This document shows positions 1 to 8,095 of a DNA stretch of 64,000 bases, piece by piece. Origin of the DNA: a virus; IMG/VR virus record IMGVR_UViG_3300020419_000005. One strand, 5' to 3'. The position numbers were made by a program, and so were the translations under genes. A model generated the notes under the pieces. It made no database searches. It worked only from the letters and a program-made list of their open reading frames with translations, and was not told where the DNA came from. How positions within the stretch are numbered: the first letter of the stretch is position 1; each line of letters begins with the position of its first letter.

Positions 1-66
1 AGGACCTGCTAATACAGGTGCTGAGAATGCAGAGACTGCTGCTACTGCTAAGAGTGATTTAATCAT
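1..66 (-). CDS. 5' end (partial) of a secreted protein, probably a cyanophage outer-membrane-type protein
   Basis: ATG at 66 reads MIKSLLAVAAVSAFSAPVLAGP to the window edge, a classic Sec signal peptide. Not in the ORF track. Confidence 0.7.
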   Translation of the reverse strand, partial: MIKSLLAVAAVSAFSAPVLAGP

Positions 67-77
67 TTTTGTTTTTA

Positions 78-166
78 ATTTCTCGCAAGAAAAATCCTGC
101 GGATGGAAAATCTTTCGACAAGACTTTTGCATTCGACGCAGGGTTACGATCTTTCGAGTCCTTTGT
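78..166 (-). ncRNA. structured 5' leader, candidate cis-regulatory RNA
   Basis: Lies between a sigma70 promoter and the ATG at 66. Stems CCUGCG/CGCAGG, inner hairpin AAAAGUCUU-GUCGA-AAGAUUUU, and an alternative CGCAGGA/UCUUGCG. Confidence 0.55.
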
Positions 167-180
167 TTAGCATATTATAT

Positions 181-209
181 AGTATATCTTAATACCTTCT
201 TAATGTCAA
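181..209 (-). promoter_or_regulatory. sigma70-type promoter
   Basis: TTGACA (209-204), 17 nt, TATACT (186-181). Confidence 0.75.
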
Positions 210-220
210 GTGTTTGTAAT

Positions 221-673
221 TTAGGATATATCGAAGACCTTTTTCTTCTGATGTTCTGGTACAATTTTCCTCAAATCTATTGATAGAAGACCGTTCTTGT
301 ATTGAACTTCTCCAATCTCTACGTCATCAGCAAGGTTAAAAGTCTGTTTAAATTCTCTAGATGCTAGTCCACGGTGTAAATGTTTACGTGGTTCAACTTC
401 CTCTTTACCTGTTAGTTGTTTCTTAGATGCAATAGTTAGAACGTTTTGTTCTGTAGATACTTCTATGTCATCACTGTCCCATCCTGCAAGTGCCATCTCA
501 ATCTCCCAGTTATCTTCTGAGTTTTTGATAATGTTATATGGTGGATAAGATCTGTTAGTTCCGTTTGTGACATCCAATCTCTTGAGAGTTGGTCCTAATC
601 CGATGCTTGTTTTCTCTATAGCATCCATTAGAAAGTCAAGATCATTTGCTGTGTACCTAGATAGCGTACTCAT
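221..673 (-). CDS. hsp20: small heat shock protein Hsp20 (IbpA-like)
   Basis: YPPYNI, ALAGW, HRGLASREF and NGLLSI alpha-crystallin motifs. Start moved to MSTLS at 673 because of AGGAG at 685-681. Confidence 0.95.
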   Translation of the reverse strand: MSTLSRYTANDLDFLMDAIEKTSIGLGPTLKRLDVTNGTNRSYPPYNIIKNSEDNWEIEMALAGWDSDDIEVSTEQNVLTIASKKQLTGKEEVEPRKHLHRGLASREFKQTFNLADDVEIGEVQYKNGLLSIDLRKIVPEHQKKKVFDIS

Positions 674-802
674 AATAGTTCTCCTTTTTAAGCGAGTGTG
701 AATAGTGTCCCTGTAAGGCGACAACACTATTTAACACTATATGTATTGCTACGACTAGGGAGGTTAACCATAGGTAATTGTACGGGTGTTACGAAAGAAT
801 TT

Positions 803-814
803 TATTTATAAATA
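803..814. promoter_or_regulatory. palindromic, bidirectional T4-type late promoter
   Basis: TATTTATAAATA contains TATAAATA on + (807-814) and on - (810-803), between divergent genes. Confidence 0.7.
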
Positions 815-844
815 TAGCCAGTATAGTCTCTATTTTCAAAGGCA

Positions 845-1351
845 ATGAAGAAACTAGCGTTCGTTATAATTATGGGATTAGTGGGTGCTCCATTATCTGC
901 AAGGGCAGATTTGACACATAAAATGACTAGCAGTGTACAATTAAATGTTAACGCAGCAGCAACACAGGTTAATCGTATTGGTACTACATACAGTATCTCA
1001 GGAAATAACATAGGTACAACATACGGTACAGGTAGCGATGCTATAACCAATGGTATTGGTGCTTTGACAGTCTCATCAGGCGTTGGTGCGGTACCTGCGA
1101 TTACAGCGACCCAGGCAGTTGCAGGGGAAAGTTTCTCGCTATCTCAGTCATTCACCGAAGGCGATGCTTTAGCAAGCAGTGTTACAACAGGTGCTGTGTC
1201 ACCATATGGTAATCAGGTATCTACAGCAGCAGGAACCGCAGGTACATTAGCAGGTACAATCGATTCTTCCTCAACAATGACACTAACTGGTGGAGGAGCA
1301 GGTACTCAGGCAACTGGTCAATTTACAGTTGAATTAAGTATTAATCATTAA
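845..1351 (+). CDS. secreted Gly/Thr/Ser-rich beta protein, hypothetical
   Basis: Signal peptide ending ARA|D, beta-strand pattern, downstream of a late promoter. Confidence 0.85.
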   Translation: MKKLAFVIIMGLVGAPLSARADLTHKMTSSVQLNVNAAATQVNRIGTTYSISGNNIGTTYGTGSDAITNGIGALTVSSGVGAVPAITATQAVAGESFSLSQSFTEGDALASSVTTGAVSPYGNQVSTAAGTAGTLAGTIDSSSTMTLTGGGAGTQATGQFTVELSINH

Positions 1352-1363
1352 TACCTATATAAT

Positions 1364-1807
1364 ATGAAACGTGTATGGTACATATGTGGCATTGCGACGA
1401 TGACTTTGGGCGTAACCCCAGTCATAGCAGTGCCTGTGGTGCCAAATTTTTCTCAAGGATCGATGTCTAGCCACACGGAAACGACTTCTACGGTGGTGGA
1501 GACCATAAATTCGATGGATTATGCGACAGGTTGGCAGTATTCTATAAGTGGGACTAACATTTCTCACGATGGGACAACCTTATCACCAGGCACAGCGACT
1601 GGTTCATCTAATACTATTAATGGAGTGACTTCGCAATGGCAAAATCTAGACCATTCAAACAAACCAAACTACACGATAACAACCCCAGGAGCAGCGTTCC
1701 AGTTCACGGAGACGTACAAATCCCCAGGATTAACGAATCACACAATAATACAAAGAGAAACAACAATACAATCGGTCACAGATACGCAAAGTATATTTCA
1801 ACAATAA
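1364..1807 (+). CDS. secreted beta-rich protein, probable paralog of 845-1351
   Basis: Signal peptide ending VIA|V. Shares YSISGxNI and G-x-x-F-x-[LF]-[ST]-[QE]-[ST]-[FY] with the upstream protein. Confidence 0.85.
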   Translation: MKRVWYICGIATMTLGVTPVIAVPVVPNFSQGSMSSHTETTSTVVETINSMDYATGWQYSISGTNISHDGTTLSPGTATGSSNTINGVTSQWQNLDHSNKPNYTITTPGAAFQFTETYKSPGLTNHTIIQRETTIQSVTDTQSIFQQ

Positions 1808-2514
1808 TAGCAACAGTTCTCACTGCTAACGCTCTACCTATGCGTGCAGAGACCGTTGGTGGTGTGTCAGCAACAGCATCGCCAATCGCAAATTCCAGTG
1901 GTTCAGTGACCAATCAAGCTATACAGGTTTTACAGGGTCCATATATAACTAATACTTATGGAAATGGCATACAGTGTCAAGGTCCAACGTTAAACTTCAC
2001 ACCATATGTCACAGGGAGTACATCTATACAGCGTCCCTACGAACCTCTATGGTATGACCAAGTGTATGATATGCGTGACTTGACTGGTACTACAGATGCA
2101 ACTGGTGCTGTTACAGGAGATGGTGCACCAGACAATCCAGGTGTTGTATTATATGAAGTTCCAGTAAGAACAGGTCAGAAAGATAATCATTCTCTATCAA
2201 TAGGTTTTAGTGCAACGTGGTCTAAACCATTAGATAAGAAACTACAAGAGTTATGTAAGACAGCAGCAGTCACACAAGTTGCATATCAACAACAACTCAC
2301 TGCCAATAAGCGATTAGACTTTGAGATCGCGAGACTTAAAAATTGTGGTGAATTAATGAAGGCAGGAATAATGTTCCATAAAAATTCACCTTACTATGGT
2401 GTATGTGCTGACGTGGTTCTATTGAATCCTCCTGGAGTTCTTCCAAACCACAAGCATTCAATACCAAGCAATAATGCTGAACTGTTGAAAGATATATCTA
2501 TCGGTAATCCTTAG
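1636..2514 (+). CDS. secreted protein with amphipathic beta-hairpin and coiled coil; true start uncertain (about 1771-1840)
   Basis: Signal-like YAKYISTIIATVLTANALPMRA|E, strands GPTLNFTPYV and SLSIGFSATWSKPLD followed by a helix, 4 Cys. Confidence 0.8.
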   Translation: MAKSRPFKQTKLHDNNPRSSVPVHGDVQIPRINESHNNTKRNNNTIGHRYAKYISTIIATVLTANALPMRAETVGGVSATASPIANSSGSVTNQAIQVLQGPYITNTYGNGIQCQGPTLNFTPYVTGSTSIQRPYEPLWYDQVYDMRDLTGTTDATGAVTGDGAPDNPGVVLYEVPVRTGQKDNHSLSIGFSATWSKPLDKKLQELCKTAAVTQVAYQQQLTANKRLDFEIARLKNCGELMKAGIMFHKNSPYYGVCADVVLLNPPGVLPNHKHSIPSNNAELLKDISIGNP

Positions 2515-3256
2515 TTTTAAATGGGGGCAAACCTTTCTTTGCCCTATACTCATTAGCAATCACATCATTACGAGTTAGTTTGGTAGGTTTCTTACCTAAC
2601 TTTTTTTGTATAGTAGTGGTTGCTTTTTTAATGAGTGGTTTTATAACTCTTAGAAGTAAAGGTGTTGCTGCTGCTGATGCGGTTGCAACTACAGCAATCG
2701 CTGCTGTTACTGATGCTTGATTTGTAGACGGTAAAAATTTTTCAACTGCATTAGTAGGTTCATATAATACCACACAGATATTGTTTTGAACTTCGTGACC
2801 TATAACTTTCTCATCACCTTTCTGAGTTAGATCACCTACTCTAGGTTGATTAGGTGCAGGACATTCTATCTCCTTTTCTGTAGGAGGTATTTCTGGCGGT
2901 GTTACTTCTGGGGTTTCTAGTTCTGGAGGTGCTACTACATCTGGAACTACAGTCTCCTGTTCAAATACTAGATCCTCTTCTCTATAATCTATAGTTTCAA
3001 AGGATGGCATTCCTGCATCACAATATGTGAGAGTACCATCAGGATCATCTTCTTTTATATTTTTATTATTTTTACTGAGTTCGTGTGCCTTAACACAACC
3101 TGGAATGTTTACAACAGGTGTTCCTAGTTCTATTGTTACAGGGACCTGTGGAGACAACTGCCACGCAGGGACTGTCATCCAAGAAGGTGTTGGAGTTGTA
3201 GAAGGGTTAGGTACAAAGAGATCATTAATAATAATATTAGGAATCTCTGGTGGCAT
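2498..3256 (-). CDS. Pro-rich protein with Cys pairs and C-terminal membrane anchor, hypothetical
   Basis: Pro/Glu-rich linker, hydrophobic ASVTAAIAVVATASAAATPLLL followed by a basic tail. Confidence 0.8.
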   Translation of the reverse strand: MPPEIPNIIINDLFVPNPSTTPTPSWMTVPAWQLSPQVPVTIELGTPVVNIPGCVKAHELSKNNKNIKEDDPDGTLTYCDAGMPSFETIDYREEDLVFEQETVVPDVVAPPELETPEVTPPEIPPTEKEIECPAPNQPRVGDLTQKGDEKVIGHEVQNNICVVLYEPTNAVEKFLPSTNQASVTAAIAVVATASAAATPLLLRVIKPLIKKATTTIQKKLGKKPTKLTRNDVIANEYRAKKGLPPFKTKDYR

Positions 3257-3480
3257 TATGGAAGTAATCCTTTAGGTGCTTGAGGCATTACAGATCCTGT
3301 TACGTCAGGAAGTGCTTGATCCATTACGTTTGGAAGAGACCCTGTAACAGATTCCATAACCTTAGATTTAATTCCATCAATGATTGATGCCTTGTTGACA
3401 AAAACGTATATCCCAGTACCGACAACGGCACCAGATATAACGAAAGACGAAATAGCGAGTACATTAATGATCTTTTGCAT
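3256..3480 (-). CDS. small single-TM membrane protein
   Basis: MQKIINVLAISSFVISGAVVGTGIYVF hydrophobic N-terminus; stop overlaps the next start. Confidence 0.75.
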   Translation of the reverse strand: MQKIINVLAISSFVISGAVVGTGIYVFVNKASIIDGIKSKVMESVTGSLPNVMDQALPDVTGSVMPQAPKGLLP

Positions 3481-3787
3481 TGTAATTAATTTCAAAGTTG
3501 TTTAAACCCTTCACTTCAGAAGGTGAACTATTTATCACTCCAAACTGTTCACGTTCTTCAGCATCCCAGTCTTCTTTAATCTGTTCTACCTGTTTATCCA
3601 CGTCTTCCATTGTGTTCTCTATCTTCTGCTCTATCCATTCTTCTTTAAGATATGCTACAAGACCTAGTAAAAGATGATTGATAGGAAACCTTTGTTTCTT
3701 TGCCCATCTTTCCATCTTGGCATACCAAGGATCTACTCCTTTCCCAAATTGTTTTTCAAATTTAAATAACGTCTTTTTCTTTTCCAT
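3464..3787 (-). CDS. hypothetical protein
   Basis: ORF in a tightly packed operon, likely start MEKKK at 3787. Confidence 0.6.
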   Translation of the reverse strand: MEKKKTLFKFEKQFGKGVDPWYAKMERWAKKQRFPINHLLLGLVAYLKEEWIEQKIENTMEDVDKQVEQIKEDWDAEEREQFGVINSSPSEVKGLNNFEINYNAKDH

Positions 3788-4053
3788 CTCGGTAAATAAA
3801 ATACTACGAAAGAACCAATCCAAAAAATTGCTAGTGCTGATATGTGTATCAGTCTATTAGAATTTACTATCAGACCAAGTGTTACAAGTCCGATCCAAGT
3901 ATAATCTAACGTACCGTGAAGACGATACCACAGTTTGTCTCCCAATTTGTTAATGACTCTTTCTCTTTGTTTTGCGAACCACGGTGACACGTGACGCATC
4001 ATCACGAATCCTTCGTTGAAGAACATTATAAAAAAACCAATCCAGAATATCAT
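3733..4053 (-). CDS. multi-TM membrane protein, hypothetical
   Basis: About three hydrophobic segments, basic C-terminus, ATGA overlap with the upstream gene. Confidence 0.75.
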   Translation of the reverse strand: MIFWIGFFIMFFNEGFVMMRHVSPWFAKQRERVINKLGDKLWYRLHGTLDYTWIGLVTLGLIVNSNRLIHISALAIFWIGSFVVFYLPRWKRKRRYLNLKNNLGKE

Positions 4054-4241
4054 TTGATTAACTCTGACTCATCGATTGCTTCTCTAATTATTCTCTTGAG
4101 TTGTTTTGATTGCTTCTGGTTGATAGAACCAAACTTATTGTCTATCCATTTCTTACCATAGTAAAATACAAATAGAACTGCGAGTAAAGCAAAACCTTCA
4201 CCCCAATCTAGACTCCACGCCCATTCAAAAAATTTCCACAT
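4050..4241 (-). CDS. small single-TM membrane protein
   Basis: GFALLAVLFVFYY TM followed by a basic segment. Confidence 0.7.
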   Translation of the reverse strand: MWKFFEWAWSLDWGEGFALLAVLFVFYYGKKWIDNKFGSINQKQSKQLKRIIREAIDESELIK

Positions 4242-4250
4242 AATTTTTTC

Positions 4251-4793
4251 CTAACAATTTTTATTTAGGTCCTCTGCCATATTGCCACCAATGTTTGCAC
4301 CTTGTTCGCCACCGAACATCGCTACCCAACCTGCTGCAACCCAACCAATAAAGGGAATGCCACTAAGAGCAGGAGCAGCAGATGCACCAACGCTAGTGCC
4401 TACAAGTCTTCCAGTTCCTTTTGCAGCACCGACCGCTTCGATACACGCTTCGCTTTTGTTACTGGCAACAGGGTCTGTTTGACCTTGTTGAAATTTTTGT
4501 ATATGTACATCTCCGTCCATTGTATATTCTTCTACTATCTCTTTAGTCTCATTCGCTAATCCTAAGAAACCACCTTTCTCATTGATCTTAGATGTCTTAT
4601 ACATTGTCTTTGGATCATTTCCAACGTAACTCATCTTGTATCCATTTTTATCTGCGGATACAACGTATGATGTATAAGGAGTTACAACAGGTGGATGTAT
4701 GACAGGATAAGTTTTCCTAGATGCTATCATACCAATCATCCCTATATGGGATACACCCAATAAGGCACCTAGACCTAGACTAAACCATTTCAT
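4251..4793 (-). CDS. membrane protein with N-terminal TM and C-terminal glycine zipper
   Basis: GxxxG repeats GRLVGTSVGASAA...GIPFIGWVAAGWVAMFGG, two Cys. Confidence 0.8.
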   Translation of the reverse strand: MKWFSLGLGALLGVSHIGMIGMIASRKTYPVIHPPVVTPYTSYVVSADKNGYKMSYVGNDPKTMYKTSKINEKGGFLGLANETKEIVEEYTMDGDVHIQKFQQGQTDPVASNKSEACIEAVGAAKGTGRLVGTSVGASAAPALSGIPFIGWVAAGWVAMFGGEQGANIGGNMAEDLNKNC

Positions 4794-5206
4794 TTCTTAT
4801 CATCCCCAACTATTTTAAATGCAGGTGACTCTATTCTTATAGTCTGACCTGGAGCAACGTTTGATGCTTTCTCAATCAAGAACTCCATATCTTTCTTGGT
4901 AATCTGTGGTGCAGCAGATGCGTCACCATTCTTTTTCTTACCTCCTGCGGAGACACCAAAGGTCGCTAAAACTCCTGTGAAGACCGAAGCTATGAAAGTT
5001 GGATCCATATCTTGTTTAGGAATTTTAAGTGCTGATGGCAACTCAACATACGCTAATGTTAATATTCCACCTGCCCAAACCAAAATTCCAAGACGAACAA
5101 ATGTACTAAGAATAGCGAGTTGTTCTTCCTTATCTTCTGTCGCTTCTTTCAGTTTACCGAGGAGACCTTTCTTTTTAGGTTCTTCTTTTTTAACTGCTTC
5201 TGCCAT
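4790..5206 (-). CDS. two-TM membrane protein (holin-like topology)
   Basis: Charged N-terminus, TMs FVRLGILVWAGGILTLAYV and FIASVFTGVLATFGV, charged C-terminus. CTAAATA late-like element at 5235-5229. Confidence 0.75.
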   Translation of the reverse strand: MAEAVKKEEPKKKGLLGKLKEATEDKEEQLAILSTFVRLGILVWAGGILTLAYVELPSALKIPKQDMDPTFIASVFTGVLATFGVSAGGKKKNGDASAAPQITKKDMEFLIEKASNVAPGQTIRIESPAFKIVGDDKK

Positions 5207-5227
5207 TATACTGTGGGGTTACTAACC

Positions 5228-5398
5228 CTATTTAGACTGCAAAAATTTTCTAGATTTCTTAAGATACTTCCACTCAGTTTTTATTCTTTCATATGCTTTT
5301 TCCTGTGTTAACTTTCCACCCATCTCTGCTGCACATACAAATTCAATCCTCTTAGCAAATTCTCTTACCGCATCTCCCAATTCATCCGTTTCGTACAT
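5228..5398 (-). CDS. small hypothetical protein (56 aa)
   Basis: Manual translation MYETDELGDAVREFAKRIEFVCAAEMGGKLTQEKAYERIKTEWKYLKKSRKFLQSK. ATG overlaps the regA stop. Confidence 0.7.
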   Translation of the reverse strand: MYETDELGDAVREFAKRIEFVCAAEMGGKLTQEKAYERIKTEWKYLKKSRKFLQSK

Positions 5399-5829
5399 TA
5401 AGTTTCCTCTGTTGTTTTCTTTTTACCAATGTTATATTTAGATTCTAAGATCCACTCCTTCTTATCTCTAAAAGAAATTACTTTGATTTGATTTAAAGGT
5501 GCTATATCTTCGACTCTACTTTCATCTACCATTACTACTAAACCCCAATCAGACAGTAACTTTGTAATACGATTCCTACGTTGTACATCGTTATTTGTTA
5601 GATTAGAGTGCTTACCATCAAGTGCAAATAGTTCTTTAAAGTGAACTATGTAATACTTACCCTTCTTATGTAAGATGTGGCAAGACTGAAAAAGTTTTTT
5701 CTCTTTGCGAGAAGCAACTCCAATTCTTGTTAGTGTTTCTCTTACCTTGAGGAAATCATCAGGTTGACGTAAAGTCACCTCCACCATTTGCTCAGGACTC
5801 CAAGAAATTTCGACATTCTCGTCGCTCAT
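5398..5829 (-). CDS. regA: translational repressor RegA
   Basis: DDFLKVRETLTRIG, QSCHILHKKGKYYIVHFKELF. Confidence 0.97.
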   Translation of the reverse strand: MSDENVEISWSPEQMVEVTLRQPDDFLKVRETLTRIGVASRKEKKLFQSCHILHKKGKYYIVHFKELFALDGKHSNLTNNDVQRRNRITKLLSDWGLVVMVDESRVEDIAPLNQIKVISFRDKKEWILESKYNIGKKKTTEET

Positions 5830-6224
5830 TGTCTGCCTCCTGTATTCATTTTAAGTTTAATCAAATCAATTTGATCCTTGGTTAGAATCCTCAACGCATC
5901 CTTGGTCTTTTCATCAGAGTATTTAAAGAAACTCTTCACGAGTTCAAAATCTTTTATCTTCTCTTTCCTTTCCCAAGGTGAGAAACGTCGTTTCTTCCTA
6001 AGGCTATTTAGATAAAAGGAATATTGTAGATCCTTATCTAAATTAAACTGTGCATTCATCTCATTAGCGTATAGAACTGTGTCTATAAATCCGCTAAGAC
6101 ATTTGTTTACAATGAATGGAGGATAGTTCTTTTCCCAGTCACCTTCGCGTTCTAATATGTTTTCTTTAGTATGATTGATACTGTTTAAGTAATCCTTTAA
6201 AGGATAGTCGTCACGTTTGCTCAT
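5826..6224 (-). CDS. 62: clamp loader small subunit gp62
   Basis: YPPFIVNKCLS, ANEMN, RKKRRFSPW; adjacent to regA. Confidence 0.93.
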   Translation of the reverse strand: MSKRDDYPLKDYLNSINHTKENILEREGDWEKNYPPFIVNKCLSGFIDTVLYANEMNAQFNLDKDLQYSFYLNSLRKKRRFSPWERKEKIKDFELVKSFFKYSDEKTKDALRILTKDQIDLIKLKMNTGGRQ

Positions 6225-6739
6225 AATATATCTCCGAGAGAAAAGGAATCTGTTGGGTGTGTTTGAAAGACTAGACTATATCGTCTTGGATGTGCATCCC
6301 TTACAGGAGGTCTGCCTAGATGTGGAATGATAGATTGAAACTTAATCATTCTACCTTCTTTAGGTGATACTGACTTTAGTATAGTATCAGTTTCTTCATT
6401 TATAAAGATTGTTTCACCTCCCATACCGATATTCCAATCAGGATTTACATATATTAAATATGTTATACCTTGTGGTACTTGAGAATCAACGTGAGGTTTA
6501 GGACAATCAGAGTGTCTAAAACAATTATACAAACATTTTTTGACTGGCACATCTAAAATTTCTAGAAACTTATGTGCTAGTGGTTCAAACTCTGGAGGAT
6601 CAAATGATCTACCTAAAGTATATGCGTGTGCATCCTCTGGAGAATCTGCAAGATGATGCCATCCATTGTAAGAGTCAAGATAGTAATATGCTTCCTTTAT
6701 TAAACGTCTTGGAAAAAAATCTTCAATAACCTCAATCAA
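6221..6739 (-). CDS. 2OG-Fe(II) oxygenase (prolyl-hydroxylase-like)
   Basis: HVD...YVNPDW..GGET...H...RYSLVF. Confidence 0.85.
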   Translation of the reverse strand: MIEVIEDFFPRRLIKEAYYYLDSYNGWHHLADSPEDAHAYTLGRSFDPPEFEPLAHKFLEILDVPVKKCLYNCFRHSDCPKPHVDSQVPQGITYLIYVNPDWNIGMGGETIFINEETDTILKSVSPKEGRMIKFQSIIPHLGRPPVRDAHPRRYSLVFQTHPTDSFSLGDIL

Positions 6740-7559
6740 TGAATAGTTCCTCCAGTGGTGACGTTACACTATAGTTAGTAATTAAAAGTTCTTTCTTTCT
6801 AGTATTATCTTCTCTGTGTTGCATTCCATATGTAATAGAATATTTTTCTATATTATAACTTTTGAATAGTTCTTCAATGTTTTCATTGATGTTGTATGTA
6901 ATCATCCAATCATTAGTTGTCTCTGCACAATTATATGCAAACTGTCTATGATCAAAACCTTTGTGCATTGTTCCACCTTTACCACCATACAAGAAATCTT
7001 TTATATCATATGGAGGATCTAAGAAAAGAAAAGCATTGCCACCAAAACAGGAATTATAATCTAGATTAGTTATCTTCCAATCTTGAATCAGTTCTCCATA
7101 GTAAGGTAAGTTCTTAATACCTTTCTTAGTAAAATTTTGTACTGATGCTTGTGGTGAGAATGATGAGTTCTCTGTTAGACCTGAGTAAGAACATTTATTC
7201 ATTACCCAGAAGTAAACAGCAGACAAAAATATATCAGGATCATTAACTCTAGTCTTTGCTGCGTGATATAGTTCTCTTGCTTTCTCAGGAGTATCGTGAT
7301 TGATCTTCAACCCCATCAAGGCATCAGATAAAGTATCAGAATCTTCTTGTAAGATAGTCCAAAAATTATACAGAGGAACGTATAAGTCATTTACCCATAC
7401 AGGTATATCTCTATATTTTTTTGTAAATTCTATAGCAGTGGAACCACCACCAAGAAAAGGTTCTCTGTATTCAGTCATACGTGGCATCTTATCCACGAGC
7501 ATTGGTGCTACTCTTGACTTTCCACCAGGGTACCTAAGAGGAGTCTTCAATGATTTCAT
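6732..7559 (-). CDS. dam: DNA adenine methyltransferase (Dam/D12 class)
   Basis: PLRYPGGKSR, EPFLGGGS, LDPPY, ELLITNY. Confidence 0.93.
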   Translation of the reverse strand: MKSLKTPLRYPGGKSRVAPMLVDKMPRMTEYREPFLGGGSTAIEFTKKYRDIPVWVNDLYVPLYNFWTILQEDSDTLSDALMGLKINHDTPEKARELYHAAKTRVNDPDIFLSAVYFWVMNKCSYSGLTENSSFSPQASVQNFTKKGIKNLPYYGELIQDWKITNLDYNSCFGGNAFLFLDPPYDIKDFLYGGKGGTMHKGFDHRQFAYNCAETTNDWMITYNINENIEELFKSYNIEKYSITYGMQHREDNTRKKELLITNYSVTSPLEELFID

Positions 7560-8095
7560 TATGAATTGAATTTTGTTATTATATTACCACTAACTGATAC
7601 TCTTTGTCCAGTAGATTTGTAGGGATACACATAATGTTTTAACCAAGCAGGAAAAATATAAATGTCACCTGCCTGTGGTTTGATTGGACCGAACTGACAG
7701 TTTGAATATGGTAACTGTTCTCCATATGTAAACACAATAGAACCTGCTATCTCTGGTTCATCATACATTCCAGGTGGAATATCCACATAAACTATAAAAC
7801 TAAATTCACCTGCGTGATTATGTACAGGTTGCCAATCATCTGAACGTTGAAAATTTACCCATATAGGTTCTATATCAATATAGTTTTGATTAGTATATGT
7901 ACCAATATGTTTACGTAACTCATCTAGATCACGTTTACTAGGATAGATGTAATACTGTTCTTCTAATTGACCTGCTAATATTCCAGACGCATCTTGTGAT
8001 GGTTCTGCATCAAAAGCATATCTCAATAGATCTAACCTTACGTCTTCTTCTATTGTACCTTTATAAATTTTAGGACCGAAAGGAGATAGGATCAT
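7559..8095 (-). CDS. putative 2OG-Fe(II) oxygenase (HxH type)
   Basis: WVN...PVHNH...IFPAWLKHYVYP...RVSVSGN. Confidence 0.85.
   Translation of the reverse strand: MILSPFGPKIYKGTIEEDVRLDLLRYAFDAEPSQDASGILAGQLEEQYYIYPSKRDLDELRKHIGTYTNQNYIDIEPIWVNFQRSDDWQPVHNHAGEFSFIVYVDIPPGMYDEPEIAGSIVFTYGEQLPYSNCQFGPIKPQAGDIYIFPAWLKHYVYPYKSTGQRVSVSGNIITKFNS

Noticed and set aside
78-166. Naming the leader as a specific Rfam family (for example manA)
   Set aside because: Cannot be verified without a covariance-model search.
674-727. Longer ORF-track starts for hsp20 (727), gp45 (11744), DUF3310-like (11958), gp22 (26170) and gp16 (39015)
   Set aside because: The extensions run through promoters or neighbouring genes; downstream ATGs fit RBS position and family N-termini better.
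802-1050. - strand ORFs 802-1050 and 1355-1567
   Set aside because: Shadows of the + strand secreted genes.
845-2514. Curli (CsgA/F/G) assignment for the secreted trio
   Set aside because: No curlin Q-x-G-x-x-N repeat series, and no lipobox or CsgG motifs recognised.
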